Assembly: GCA_012522735.1 (NCBI GenBank)
Contig: JAAYJU010000106.1
Location: 34,095-98,094, forward strand
Source: Clostridiales bacterium
GTDB lineage: Bacteria > Bacillota > Clostridia > Lachnospirales > Lachnospiraceae
Reading direction: 5' to 3'
Length of the DNA stretch: 64,000 nt
Positions 38,258 through 47,766 of the stretch are shown here, one piece after another. The first letter of the stretch is position 1, and each line of letters begins with the position of its first letter. The translations under genes were made by a program, and so were the position numbers. The notes under the pieces are model-generated. The model saw only the letters and a list, made by a program, of their open reading frames with translations, did not search any database and was not told where the DNA came from.

Positions 38258-40297
38258 TTAATTCTGATTACTGTTCATCCCAAGCATGGACATGAGAGCT
38301 GAGCTTTGTGAGTTCATCTTCGCCATGGCAGTCTCCATAGCAGCAAACTGTTTGAAATATTTATTCTCAATATCTAAAAGCTTAGCTTCCATCTTTGCAA
38401 GATCTGATTTATAATTGGCTAATGTCTTAGACATTTCCTTGTCATTATATACTGTCAGGGCGCTACTAAGAGTTGTACTCTTCATTTTATCCATCAATGA
38501 GCTATATAGATTATCAGCAATCTTTGTCATTACCTGAGCAGCCTCTTCAGGATTATTGTTAAGGGCATCCATGAGTTTGTTCTCAAGGGATGCTACAGTA
38601 GCAAAATCCTCATCTCCACTTATATGAAGAAGTCCTTTTTCAGTATAGCTCCCGGTTGTGATTCCATAGCTGGATAGTGAATATTTCTTACCGTTAACCG
38701 TGACACCTTCATTCAGAGATGAACGCATTACATCAATAAGGCCGCCTAGTATGTTGTCTCTTCTAAGAAGTGAGTCCTTGATTTTGGTCTCCCATTTTTC
38801 TATCTGCTCTTCTGTCATGGTTGCTCTTTCATCATCAGTTAGAGGATCATAACCGCGGGATGACTTAGCATTGTAGGCATCATTCATTTCCTTAAGAAGC
38901 TCATTGTAAGACTTAACAAAATCCTTAACCATATCATATACGGCTTCCGTATTGCCTGCTACAGATAAACTTATAGTCTCATCATCCTCAGTACCTGGTG
39001 TATCAAGTCCAACGGTTACACCCTTTAAAGTAAGTGTCAGACCGTTAACCGAGAAATTATTAGATGAACCGGTAAGCTCTGCTCCATTGTATATTACAAT
39101 AGAATCAGTAGCCTGTACTAATACAGCCTGCGGATTACCATTAATCTCTATCTTACCATCAATATTCTTTCTTATTTCTCCAAATCCAAGATTTGCTAGA
39201 CTTCCTGTTTGGCTAATAGGCTCATTAGCGGCATTGGCATATGCAGTGAGTAGTGTATCTAGTTGTCCCTCTGCTGCCAAAAACACATTGCCAACCTCGG
39301 CTTCATTATTCTTCCAAGCCTCATACTCAGCAGTTGCAGCTACTTCTGCGTCCAATCTAAGCCTATCTTTTATTGCAGCCTGTAATACTGCATCATCTAA
39401 GGGTTCGCCCTCTTCTAATCCTAGGCTTAATCTTAACTCAGCTTCAACCTCAGGTGTGACCTCGTCTATCTTACTTTGATTTGTCATGTAGTCATTGACA
39501 AATTTTGTTCTAACTTGCCCATACTTTATTTCCAAAAGCTTATCTTCTATTACGACTTTATCTTCAGGTGTAAGAGTATCATTTAGATAAGAATTAAGAT
39601 AGTTATCAACCTTACTCTTATCAGCATTACTTAATAAATCATAGCTCAAGAAGTCACGGATAGCATTCTTGTCTTGCACTTGTACAGATGATGAAGAGGT
39701 AATCTCAAATGCATTCTCTACACCACTGGCCTTCGAGCTTATAAAGAAACGCTTCTGAGTTGTATCATAGCTAGCATTCAAACCAGCACTCTGGAGAGAG
39801 GCTATTAGATTTCCAACGGTTGTCTTCTCTCTAATGTCAAGATTAACTTGCTTTTCACCATTCTTTATCTGTATAGTGGTACCCTCGGATGCATCGAATC
39901 CGAGATCTACTAATTTAGTATTAGAGTTTATCTGGTTCCCTTTATTATCTGTATCAAGCTTTGCTCCGGTCACGAACTGTGAACTAGCAAGCTGCTTAAC
40001 CTTAATTAAATGAGTTCCTTCCGGAGCATTTGATCCGGCAGTCACCTCTACCTTACCGATATTTGACGAGGTAGCTTTTTTCACAGCAAAGCTGCCCTGC
40101 ATTCTAAGCTTAGATAATTGCCCAGTATACAAGGAATATATCTTAGAGTTTAATGCCTTCCACTTTTCCTGTTTCCATTCAGTGGTTGTTATTTTATTCT
40201 GTACTTTTGTAGACTTTAGCCGATGCGCATCCATTAATGACTTAACAACAGCCTCTGTATCCATTCCAGAGATCAATCCGGATAATCTCATTGCCAT
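38258..40297 (-). CDS. fliD: Flagellar filament cap protein FliD
   Basis: GLISGMDTEA.V..LM, VKQLASS, N.FSVNGLTLTLKG, FVKSYNEL, YFKQFAAMETAMAKMNSQ. Confidence 0.95.
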   Translation of the reverse strand: MAMRLSGLISGMDTEAVVKSLMDAHRLKSTKVQNKITTTEWKQEKWKALNSKIYSLYTGQLSKLRMQGSFAVKKATSSNIGKVEVTAGSNAPEGTHLIKVKQLASSQFVTGAKLDTDNKGNQINSNTKLVDLGFDASEGTTIQIKNGEKQVNLDIREKTTVGNLIASLQSAGLNASYDTTQKRFFISSKASGVENAFEITSSSSVQVQDKNAIRDFLSYDLLSNADKSKVDNYLNSYLNDTLTPEDKVVIEDKLLEIKYGQVRTKFVNDYMTNQSKIDEVTPEVEAELRLSLGLEEGEPLDDAVLQAAIKDRLRLDAEVAATAEYEAWKNNEAEVGNVFLAAEGQLDTLLTAYANAANEPISQTGSLANLGFGEIRKNIDGKIEINGNPQAVLVQATDSIVIYNGAELTGSSNNFSVNGLTLTLKGVTVGLDTPGTEDDETISLSVAGNTEAVYDMVKDFVKSYNELLKEMNDAYNAKSSRGYDPLTDDERATMTEEQIEKWETKIKDSLLRRDNILGGLIDVMRSSLNEGVTVNGKKYSLSSYGITTGSYTEKGLLHISGDEDFATVASLENKLMDALNNNPEEAAQVMTKIADNLYSSLMDKMKSTTLSSALTVYNDKEMSKTLANYKSDLAKMEAKLLDIENKYFKQFAAMETAMAKMNSQSSALMSMLGMNSNQN

Positions 40298-40308
40298 TAT
40301 GACCCCTC

Positions 40309-40728
40309 CTATCTTCTTTCATCAATCATCAAGCCTGCAAGTTCCCACAATTTTTCTATCATTTTTAATGTCTCTTCCGGAGGTATCTCTCTTATAACCT
40401 CCTCGGTATCCTTATCCATAACCTTGATTGTCACTCTTCTTGTTTCCTCATGATAGCCAAATTCACATTTTGTGTTATGGCTCTTCAGTCTATTATTAGC
40501 TTTGGAAATCTCAGATTTAATATACTGTTGACTGGCGGCAGATGATTCTTTATCATCATCTTGTCCAGTAATAGGTTGAATAGCAGATGTCGATTCCTTC
40601 CTTAATGTTTCAAGTTTTACATTTACATCAACACTTTTAGACCCGCTTGCATCTGTTGGTTTTGCTGCTGGGCCAAGATTACTTTGATATATTGATGTCT
40701 TAACTACCTCTAAAGCCATTTTATACAC
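40309..40728 (-). CDS. flaG: FlaG family protein
   Basis: [27 protein letters not shown]; lies upstream of fliD. Confidence 0.9.
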   Translation of the reverse strand: MYKMALEVVKTSIYQSNLGPAAKPTDASGSKSVDVNVKLETLRKESTSAIQPITGQDDDKESSAASQQYIKSEISKANNRLKSHNTKCEFGYHEETRRVTIKVMDKDTEEVIREIPPEETLKMIEKLWELAGLMIDERR

Positions 40729-40765
40729 CTCCGTGTGTCCTCAAAAATTATTCATCGTGCCCTTA

Positions 40766-40781
40766 ACATCATCCTTGATAT
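40766..40781 (-). promoter_or_regulatory. CsrA-type AGGA-loop hairpin in the flaG leader
   Basis: mRNA AUAUCA-AGGA-UGAUGU, with the same CAAGGAUG core as the fliC site. Confidence 0.6.
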
Positions 40782-40807
40782 TTTATGGGCATATCTCTTC
40801 TATAAAT

Positions 40808-40835
40808 ATATCGGCATGATAAACAAAAAACTTTA
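40808..40835 (-). promoter_or_regulatory. Sigma-28 promoter of flaG-fliD-fliS
   Basis: TAAA-N16-GCCGATAT on the minus strand. Confidence 0.8.
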
Positions 40836-40900
40836 TATCTTACTTTATAATTTCTGATTAGTGAAACTCTTATGATAAAGTCACGAGAATGCATGGCAAC

Positions 40901-41122
40901 TCATTCAAATAACTTCTTCAAAGCTTCCTCGTTTATCTCGGTAGAAGCCGCCTCTTTATTGGATTCTAGTATTTGTAGATATAGCTCCTTACGATAGATT
41001 GGTACTGATTTTGGCGCACTTATACCTATTTTAATCTGATCACCCTTTATTTCTAAAACAGTAATTTCAATATCATTCCCGATTATAATTGATTCATTAA
41101 TTTTTCTTGATAGGGCTAACAT
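40901..41122 (-). CDS. csrA: Carbon storage regulator CsrA
   Basis: MLALSRK.NESIIIG..IEITV..I.G.QIKIGI.AP..V.IYR.E. Confidence 0.97.
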   Translation of the reverse strand: MLALSRKINESIIIGNDIEITVLEIKGDQIKIGISAPKSVPIYRKELYLQILESNKEAASTEINEEALKKLFE

Positions 41123-41589
41123 TATTTGCCCCCCTTCTCGGCCTTTATAGCCTTTAGCTGCTCATAGAAGTAGTATTTTATTTCATAATTAGCATCATCT
41201 ACTATTACCTGACAACCCTTTTTACTATCTGCATTAATTACAAAGGGTGCCTTTAAATTTGCGGATATCTTGGTAACATCGCTTGGGACTGTTACGGAAA
41301 CCAAGACGACCAAATTTTCTGCATTGATATTCCCAAGGGAAGAAAGTAGCTCATCCTCCACAGTAGGATTGAAATCAGGCCTAATAAGAAATGGACTAAT
41401 TACGGGGATAGCAAGACCCGGCTCCTCAATATTTTGTAGCCACGTGATATCAGGCCTTTCCCCGCTTTCATTATCGTAGATAATTGCGTATCTTTTGCAA
41501 TCTGTAAAGCCTAAAATACCCTCATCAAAGGTAATTATTTTATCCTCTTCAAGATTTATCTCTCCAAAATGCTTTGTTTTAACTATCAT
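41122..41589 (-). CDS. fliW: Flagellar assembly factor FliW
   Basis: TKHFGEI..I.F.EGILGF, WLQ, SANLKAP.VIN; overlaps the csrA start. Confidence 0.93.
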   Translation of the reverse strand: MIVKTKHFGEINLEEDKIITFDEGILGFTDCKRYAIIYDNESGERPDITWLQNIEEPGLAIPVISPFLIRPDFNPTVEDELLSSLGNINAENLVVLVSVTVPSDVTKISANLKAPFVINADSKKGCQVIVDDANYEIKYYFYEQLKAIKAEKGGK

Positions 41590-41636
41590 AGGTTTCCCCT
41601 TTCGTATGAATATAATTATTTATAATATAAACTACT

Positions 41637-41694
41637 CAGATTAGTGGCTGCACACCGAAAGGTTCAGCTTGCTGAACCGATGCACTTATGCGTG
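41637..41694 (-). repeat. Modular hairpin repeat element, copy 3 (short, internally deleted)
   Basis: Minus strand reads CACGCATAAG, GTGCATCGGTTCAGCAAGCTGAACC (identical to 7970-7994), a short spacer, then CTAATCTG. It begins 1 nt after the flgL stop. Confidence 0.8.
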
Positions 41695-41695
41695 T

Positions 41696-43192
41696 TTATA
41701 AAAAATCCAGTAATGAGTTCTGTACAACTCGAGAAGCTGCAGATAGGGACGAATTATATATCATCTGTGCTGCATTAAAATTAATGATAGTATCAACGAT
41801 ATCCACATCCTCATTCATTGACATAAGCTCCTTAAAATCAACCTTTTGGCTGGAAAGCCTGTTCTCTGTCAGTCTTAGTCTGAACAGTCTGCTACCAAGG
41901 TCTGCTGCAGCTACGTTAACTCTGTCCTGCTCCTTGTTGGAGCTGGTTATTCCTCTGGCAAATGTAGTCTGCATAACTTCCTTCTTAAGATCGAGCTCTG
42001 TTTCAAATTGCTCAAGCATTTTCTCATAACGAAGGATTTGGTCTTCCGTAAGGTTTTTATCCTCTAAACGCTTTTTAACCTCGGCAATTTTACCTTCAAC
42101 TTGAATTACATCATCAACAGCCTTTAAAATATCATCAATATCTCTGCCGATTTTATGTGATATGGCATCGGATCCTTCTGTATTTATGGTAAGCTTTTGA
42201 TTGTAATTAATTTCGTATTGGATTTCCTGTTTTTCTTTTGTGTAGTGAATCTGCGGTTGCTCCGGTTTATTATGATCTGTCATAACACAGTTGAAATAAT
42301 GCTCAGGTTTAAGTTCACCCTTTTCAAAATTAGTTTTAGTATATGATAATTCTATATTGTCTGCTGTTCTTAATTCTTCATAAATGCTTCCATGCATGAT
42401 AATCTCACCAGTCTCATAGATAAAATTAATGCCCGAAGGAGGTTGGGGGTTATATGCATTCGGATCATAAGCAGATATGGTTTGTATATTAATAAATGGT
42501 AACTGCTCTTCGGATTCCTCTCCAGGTACAGGCTTAGTATAGCGAATACTATCAATGGTCATATTCTCAAGCTTATCATAGGATAGTTTTAATCGATATG
42601 TGTTCTCCATCCTGGGAGCATCCGCGAAATCTTCCAAAGGTTCATCAAAATCCTTAAGTTCATATGAACCTGATACTCTGGATATCATCCGTATCTGGTC
42701 ACCTGAAAAATTCTCTGTTATATCATATTGTAGATGGTCGACATTCTCCATGAATGTTAATGGACTATCCGTTTTATAACCAGAAAATACATATCTGCCG
42801 GCATAATTAGCATTACCCTCCTGATATATCTGATTCTTCATCTCTACAAGATTCTGAACAATTGAAGCGCGATCGGTAGCTGTCAGGGAATCTGAGGCTC
42901 CCTGAACACAATCTGTATTAATCTGTCTTAATATTTCATTTATTGTTTTTAAAGAGCCTTCGGTTATATCCATCCAGGACATGGCATCCGGAATGTTCTT
43001 ATCATAATACTGTTCAAGCTCAGTCAAATTTGTTCTAAGCTTCAGGGCTCTAACCGTAACGATTGGGTCATCTGATGGCTTTTGAATCTTCTTGCCTGTG
43101 AAATATTGCTCCTCCAACTTAGACACATTTAATTTATTCTTATTAATATTACTGAGCATATTATTTGTCATCATACGGTTTGTGATTCTCAT
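41696..43192 (-). CDS. flgL: Flagellar hook-associated protein 3
   Basis: MRITNRMM, TGKKI.KPSDDP, NYAGRYVFSG.KT, Y..SL.AASR..QNSLLDFL. Confidence 0.93.
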   Translation of the reverse strand: MRITNRMMTNNMLSNINKNKLNVSKLEEQYFTGKKIQKPSDDPIVTVRALKLRTNLTELEQYYDKNIPDAMSWMDITEGSLKTINEILRQINTDCVQGASDSLTATDRASIVQNLVEMKNQIYQEGNANYAGRYVFSGYKTDSPLTFMENVDHLQYDITENFSGDQIRMISRVSGSYELKDFDEPLEDFADAPRMENTYRLKLSYDKLENMTIDSIRYTKPVPGEESEEQLPFINIQTISAYDPNAYNPQPPSGINFIYETGEIIMHGSIYEELRTADNIELSYTKTNFEKGELKPEHYFNCVMTDHNKPEQPQIHYTKEKQEIQYEINYNQKLTINTEGSDAISHKIGRDIDDILKAVDDVIQVEGKIAEVKKRLEDKNLTEDQILRYEKMLEQFETELDLKKEVMQTTFARGITSSNKEQDRVNVAAADLGSRLFRLRLTENRLSSQKVDFKELMSMNEDVDIVDTIINFNAAQMIYNSSLSAASRVVQNSLLDFL

Positions 43193-43207
43193 TTGGCACC
43201 TCCAACA

Positions 43208-45064
43208 TTATGTTCCCATATAGGTAATCAATCTATCATAAATCTCATTCATTACGGATATTACTTTAGCGGAAAGATTATAAGCGTTCTGGAAGCGAAC
43301 GAGACTCATGGCTTCCTCGTCAATATCCACACCCGATACGGATAACTTTTGGTTTGTAATGGCCCTAAGGATATTCTCCTGGCTAATGGAAAAATTATTC
43401 GCTTTTTTAGTATCAATTCCTATATCCGCCACCAGAGTATTCATGAATCCTCCCGGTTCTCCTTGTCCAAACATGGTCTTGTCAGATTTTAATGCTAACA
43501 AGGCTTCTACAACATCATTATTGTCTATTCCATTTACTACATCTGTAGCAGCCGCAAACCGACTAGGGTCATTCATCAGCTGACTATTTATAGTAAAATT
43601 GTCTGCTGTCAAAAAATAATACGATCCATATAGAGGTCTATTCTCCGGTACCTCTTCAAAAAAGCTGCCCGTCTGAGAATTAAAGGTATCAAAGTCATAG
43701 TAGTAATAATCATCTGATTCAGCTAATGGACCAAATACATACTCTCTCCCATTTACCTTATTCGTCGCACTGAAGAAATCTGTTCCGGGATTATTATTAA
43801 GATCTCTTCCTGTTCTATGGATCTCATTAAAGGCTTTGGCATATGTTCTGATGAACATATTCATCTGGTCCAGATAATAAGGAATTCCCTTATAGTTTAT
43901 ACTTTCACCTATTGCTGCTCTTGTATCTATGGCATCCGTCCAAAGTGGCTCCTCAAGCTCAAAAGAATAGATAAATTCACCGGTATCTTCATCTCTATTA
44001 ACCTCAAATCCGACATATACATAATCCATATTTCCTATGGTTATAACACCGGATTCGGGAATGTTCAGCCTCTCTACCTCATTTATTGTAGTGCCGGTTA
44101 AAGTAATATAATTATCCCCGGCAACAGCAGAGACACTTCCCTGAAGATTATTTCTATTATTACCATCTCTGATTTCATATAAGGCCTTAAGAGAACCTCC
44201 AAGATTCTGACTTCCCAAATTAAATGATTGGCCACTGGCCCAAGCCACATCATATAGCCCATCTATATCATTTTGATTCTGCTTCTTCTCTCTTGGGATA
44301 ACCTGAAGTGTATTATAATTTCCTCCATCCACTAAGGTCTGTCCATCCATCTTTATTACATAGCTGGTAACACCAATACCGTCACCTATCACCTTTTCAG
44401 TAACTGATACAGTGGCCATATTGGATAATTCATCAACCAAAAGAGCTCTTTGATCTCTAAGGTCATTAGCAGCACCACCTCTTACCTCCAATGTATTAAT
44501 CTGCTTAGTAAGAGCAGCAATCTGCTGTACTGTTGAATTAATTTTTTCAACCATGTTTCGAATCTCAAAATTACATTCATCCTGAATGTTTTTTAGGTTT
44601 TCTGATAATGAATTAAAATAGTCCGAAAGACTCTTACCATAATTAATAACCTGACTACGAACAGTAAGACTGGATGGATTATTTGCAAGCTCCTGAAGGC
44701 TGTTATACATAGAATTAAATGTAGTTGTAAATCCTTCCACGCTAACCTCATTAAAGTAATTTTCTATTTCGGTCATATAGTGGGCTTTACTGGCGTATTC
44801 TCCCATAATTGTATTGTTTTTTCTAAACTTTACATCATAATATTCATCTCTAAGCTGTGTTACTCCCGTAACACTGACACCGGTTCCTGCCATACCATAG
44901 CTACTATTCATCCTAAGCGCTTTTCCTGCCTTTTGACTCATAACCTGTCTGGTATATCCGTTTGTTTCCGAGTTGGATATATTATGGGCAGTCGTATCCA
45001 GAGCCGCCTGATAAGCATATAAACCTGATTGTCCAATATGTAAACCAAAAAATGTTGATCCCAT
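43208..45064 (-). CDS. flgK: Flagellar hook-associated protein 1 (copy A)
   Basis: GL.AYQ.ALDTTAHNISN.ET.GYTRQ, ANDLRDQR, SVSGVDIDEE...L..FQ.AY. Confidence 0.92.
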   Translation of the reverse strand: MGSTFFGLHIGQSGLYAYQAALDTTAHNISNSETNGYTRQVMSQKAGKALRMNSSYGMAGTGVSVTGVTQLRDEYYDVKFRKNNTIMGEYASKAHYMTEIENYFNEVSVEGFTTTFNSMYNSLQELANNPSSLTVRSQVINYGKSLSDYFNSLSENLKNIQDECNFEIRNMVEKINSTVQQIAALTKQINTLEVRGGAANDLRDQRALLVDELSNMATVSVTEKVIGDGIGVTSYVIKMDGQTLVDGGNYNTLQVIPREKKQNQNDIDGLYDVAWASGQSFNLGSQNLGGSLKALYEIRDGNNRNNLQGSVSAVAGDNYITLTGTTINEVERLNIPESGVITIGNMDYVYVGFEVNRDEDTGEFIYSFELEEPLWTDAIDTRAAIGESINYKGIPYYLDQMNMFIRTYAKAFNEIHRTGRDLNNNPGTDFFSATNKVNGREYVFGPLAESDDYYYYDFDTFNSQTGSFFEEVPENRPLYGSYYFLTADNFTINSQLMNDPSRFAAATDVVNGIDNNDVVEALLALKSDKTMFGQGEPGGFMNTLVADIGIDTKKANNFSISQENILRAITNQKLSVSGVDIDEEAMSLVRFQNAYNLSAKVISVMNEIYDRLITYMGT

Positions 45065-45072
45065 GCTACCTC

Positions 45073-46809
45073 CTATAAATTCATAATTATGTGCTCTAGC
45101 ATCTCGCTGACCACATTAATATACCTTGCTGCAGCATTATATGAGTGTTGAAACTTTATCAGATTTGTTAGTTCCTCATCGGAGGATACACCGGCGACCT
45201 CAGATCTTTTATTATCAATACTTGTCACCATAGATATTTGATTCATACTAATGGTATGAACCTGTTCACCTCTGTTAGCAATCTCCGATATAAATGAAAT
45301 ATAATAATCATTAACATTGTTTGAGGTTAAAGTATTTGGTGATAAGGTTGCGAATGGCTTTTGCCAGTTGGATAAAAGTCTCTGTGCCATTTCAATATCA
45401 TATGCTCCTGTTCCGTCATTCTTTGATAGAGGTAGATATGAATTGTTTTGAAGAATATTTGGATTAACTTCTATTTCTCCTAATGTATAGAGAGAATAGT
45501 TGTCATTCGGATCCTCTTCTATATATACACGGGCATATATAGTCTCAAAATCCCCTTCATCGTTAATGATTTGAATATCCTGAAAGTCTGTATAACGAGG
45601 AGTAGACTTCTTAGAAAATAAAGCCTCACCGGCAGTTCTCTGTGAATCCAATCCTACAGAAGCATTTTCTTCATCAAAAATCTTTAGCTTGCTACCATCT
45701 GTCAAGGTTACCTCTTTATTTGGACATAGAGTGTCATTAACCATGGTAACTATACCATGTATCAGCTGATCAAATTGGGCTTGAGCTGTCATCATTACAG
45801 ACGGATTGATTAAATTATTATATTCTCTTACCGCATCCTGATACTGTGTATGGGTTTCATATCTTTCACGGACAGGTATATCGGTATAATTAGCTTGTTT
45901 ATGACCTCTGGCAATAAGTAATCCCTTTAAGGAACCAATATCAGTATCATGCATGGATGACGGAGGTCTATCCATATTAAATACATCAACATAGCCATGG
46001 GCGACCCAAATTGGCTTTAGCATCTGGGAATCCTCACTTATTTGGGCTGTATCCATACGGTAAACCAAATCCTCTGTTACAAATGGTACGCCCTCTACAT
46101 TGACTGTAACGACACCTGCTGGATTCTCTTTATATGTAATTTGGATAATCTTACTAAGCTCATCCAAAAGTAGATTTCTATTGTCTCTTAAATCATTAGC
46201 CTTTTCTACACCTGTGCTCTCGTAATGCCTAATTTTAATATTAAGCTCTCTGATTTCATCACCAATTTCATTGATTCGATTTACCTGATCAACAATCTTT
46301 GTATTAAGATTTATCTGGTAATCATTCATCTGATTATATATATTGTCGGCTCTTTCCACAAATGAAACTGCGGTTTGTATAAATGAAGCTCTTGCCACAA
46401 TATTGTCAGGCTCTCTAGACAACTCCTGCAATGCTTCCCAGAATTCCTTCATAGTATTCTGAAATTGAACACCTTCCAGCTCGCCAAATAATCCCTCAAC
46501 TTCCTCTATTGCTTGGTATTGGGATTCATAAAAAGCCTGTCTACCAATTTCCTGGCGATAGGCTTGATCCAAGAAGGCATCTCTCACCTGTTTCACCTCA
46601 GCAAAATTGGCACCCAAGCCGCGTTGCATGGATGAAAGGTGGGATTCACCCCATTTAACATATTGAAAATCAGTAAATATAGCTTGTTGTCTTACATATC
46701 CTTTTGTATCTACGTTTGCTAGATTATGTGATGTAACATTAAGAGCCGCTTGACTGACATTCAGACCCGACACTCCTATATGTAGACTACCAAATGAAGC
46801 CATAAACAT
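45073..46809 (-). CDS. flgK: Flagellar hook-associated protein 1 (copy B)
   Basis: GL..SQAALNVTSHNLANV.T.GYVRQ, ANDLRD.R, GVSSDEEL.NLIKFQHSY. Confidence 0.9.
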   Translation of the reverse strand: MFMASFGSLHIGVSGLNVSQAALNVTSHNLANVDTKGYVRQQAIFTDFQYVKWGESHLSSMQRGLGANFAEVKQVRDAFLDQAYRQEIGRQAFYESQYQAIEEVEGLFGELEGVQFQNTMKEFWEALQELSREPDNIVARASFIQTAVSFVERADNIYNQMNDYQINLNTKIVDQVNRINEIGDEIRELNIKIRHYESTGVEKANDLRDNRNLLLDELSKIIQITYKENPAGVVTVNVEGVPFVTEDLVYRMDTAQISEDSQMLKPIWVAHGYVDVFNMDRPPSSMHDTDIGSLKGLLIARGHKQANYTDIPVRERYETHTQYQDAVREYNNLINPSVMMTAQAQFDQLIHGIVTMVNDTLCPNKEVTLTDGSKLKIFDEENASVGLDSQRTAGEALFSKKSTPRYTDFQDIQIINDEGDFETIYARVYIEEDPNDNYSLYTLGEIEVNPNILQNNSYLPLSKNDGTGAYDIEMAQRLLSNWQKPFATLSPNTLTSNNVNDYYISFISEIANRGEQVHTISMNQISMVTSIDNKRSEVAGVSSDEELTNLIKFQHSYNAAARYINVVSEMLEHIIMNL

Positions 46810-46830
46810 ACCACCTTCACTTTGATTTAC

Positions 46831-47346
46831 TTACTGTTTTGCATCGAACATCCCTGTTCCTGAAGATTTTTCATTATCTTGCGATGCATTTTTAGTGTAA
46901 GTGTTGTTCCCCGGCGACATCCTTGTACTTTGAAGAAAATTCATATTGAATTCTATCATCTCTAGGGATTGTTGAATTAGAACCTTGTTTCTATTATTAA
47001 TTTCAACTAATATATTAACGGTTTCCTTAAGCTTGTCGTGAAGCTCAGATAAAATCCTTTTTTCCTTTTGTTGATGATCCAATAGACCAACTAGGGTAGA
47101 AAGATTTAAGTTCTTGTCTTCTTTTCCAAGAACAGTTCCGATATCCTCCATAACCCTAGCTCTCTTGTTCTCCAGAGCCGTGACCTTGTCTATTGCATCT
47201 TGTTCCTTCGCAGTGATTTCCTGCAAAGCTACTGTGTCATTCATAACGATTATCTGTGTCTTTTCTCTGACAACAGGAATAAGCTGATTATATACATCCT
47301 GTTCCTTACTTAATATATCAATTAACTCATCAATTAAGCTTGCCAC
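46831..47346 (-). CDS. flgN: Flagellar export chaperone FlgN
   Basis: Helical 171 aa, L...N.RN..LIQQSLE.I, C-terminal FDAKQ; directly after flgM. Confidence 0.8.
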   Translation of the reverse strand: MASLIDELIDILSKEQDVYNQLIPVVREKTQIIVMNDTVALQEITAKEQDAIDKVTALENKRARVMEDIGTVLGKEDKNLNLSTLVGLLDHQQKEKRILSELHDKLKETVNILVEINNRNKVLIQQSLEMIEFNMNFLQSTRMSPGNNTYTKNASQDNEKSSGTGMFDAKQ

Positions 47347-47375
47347 AATTTACCTCGCTTCCGATATAAAAGATC

Positions 47376-47654
47376 TTATACCAGTTCATCAAAATAACGG
47401 TTAACCACTTTATCGGCTACATCTGTCATATTAATATTGTAAGTCCCAGATTCAATCTGCTTCTTGATTTGGTTTACTTTATCCTCTCTTACATCAGGAG
47501 TCTGTGTAACAATTTGCTTTGCCACCCTATAATCCTGTCCCTTTTGGGATATCTCTAGCTTATCACTAAAGCTTCCACCGCTTGGCTTAGTTGCTTTCTT
47601 AACATTATTAGCGTTATAAACCTGACTTACCTTGTTATATGCATCTATACGCAT
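47376..47654 (-). CDS. flgM: Anti-sigma-28 factor FlgM
   Basis: DKLEIS, DVREDKV..IK.QIESGTY.I..VADK. Confidence 0.92.
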   Translation of the reverse strand: MRIDAYNKVSQVYNANNVKKATKPSGGSFSDKLEISQKGQDYRVAKQIVTQTPDVREDKVNQIKKQIESGTYNINMTDVADKVVNRYFDELV

Positions 47655-47709
47655 AATTTCACCACCTAACTAAAACTGATTGTTGATTTGTTCTATTACC
47701 CTATATTAT

Positions 47710-47736
47710 TTATCGGCTTTTTACTAATAAACATTA
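47710..47736 (-). promoter_or_regulatory. Probable sigma-28 promoter of flgM
   Basis: TAAT-N15-GCCGATAA on the minus strand. Confidence 0.65.
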
Positions 47737-47766
47737 TAGGTAAAATGCTTTAATTATGTTAATCTA

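Noticed and set aside
38952-39479. 175-aa plus-strand ORF and the other short plus-strand ORFs between 686 and 63515
   Set aside because: They lie antisense within well-supported minus-strand genes and show the Ser/Ile/Phe-rich composition of shadow frames. Only the SDR at 55103-55852 is accepted on the plus strand.
36329-47766. c-di-GMP riboswitch or invertible flagellar switch upstream of flagellar genes
   Set aside because: No GEMM-like motif, recombinase gene or flanking inverted repeats of suitable geometry seen in the intergenic regions.
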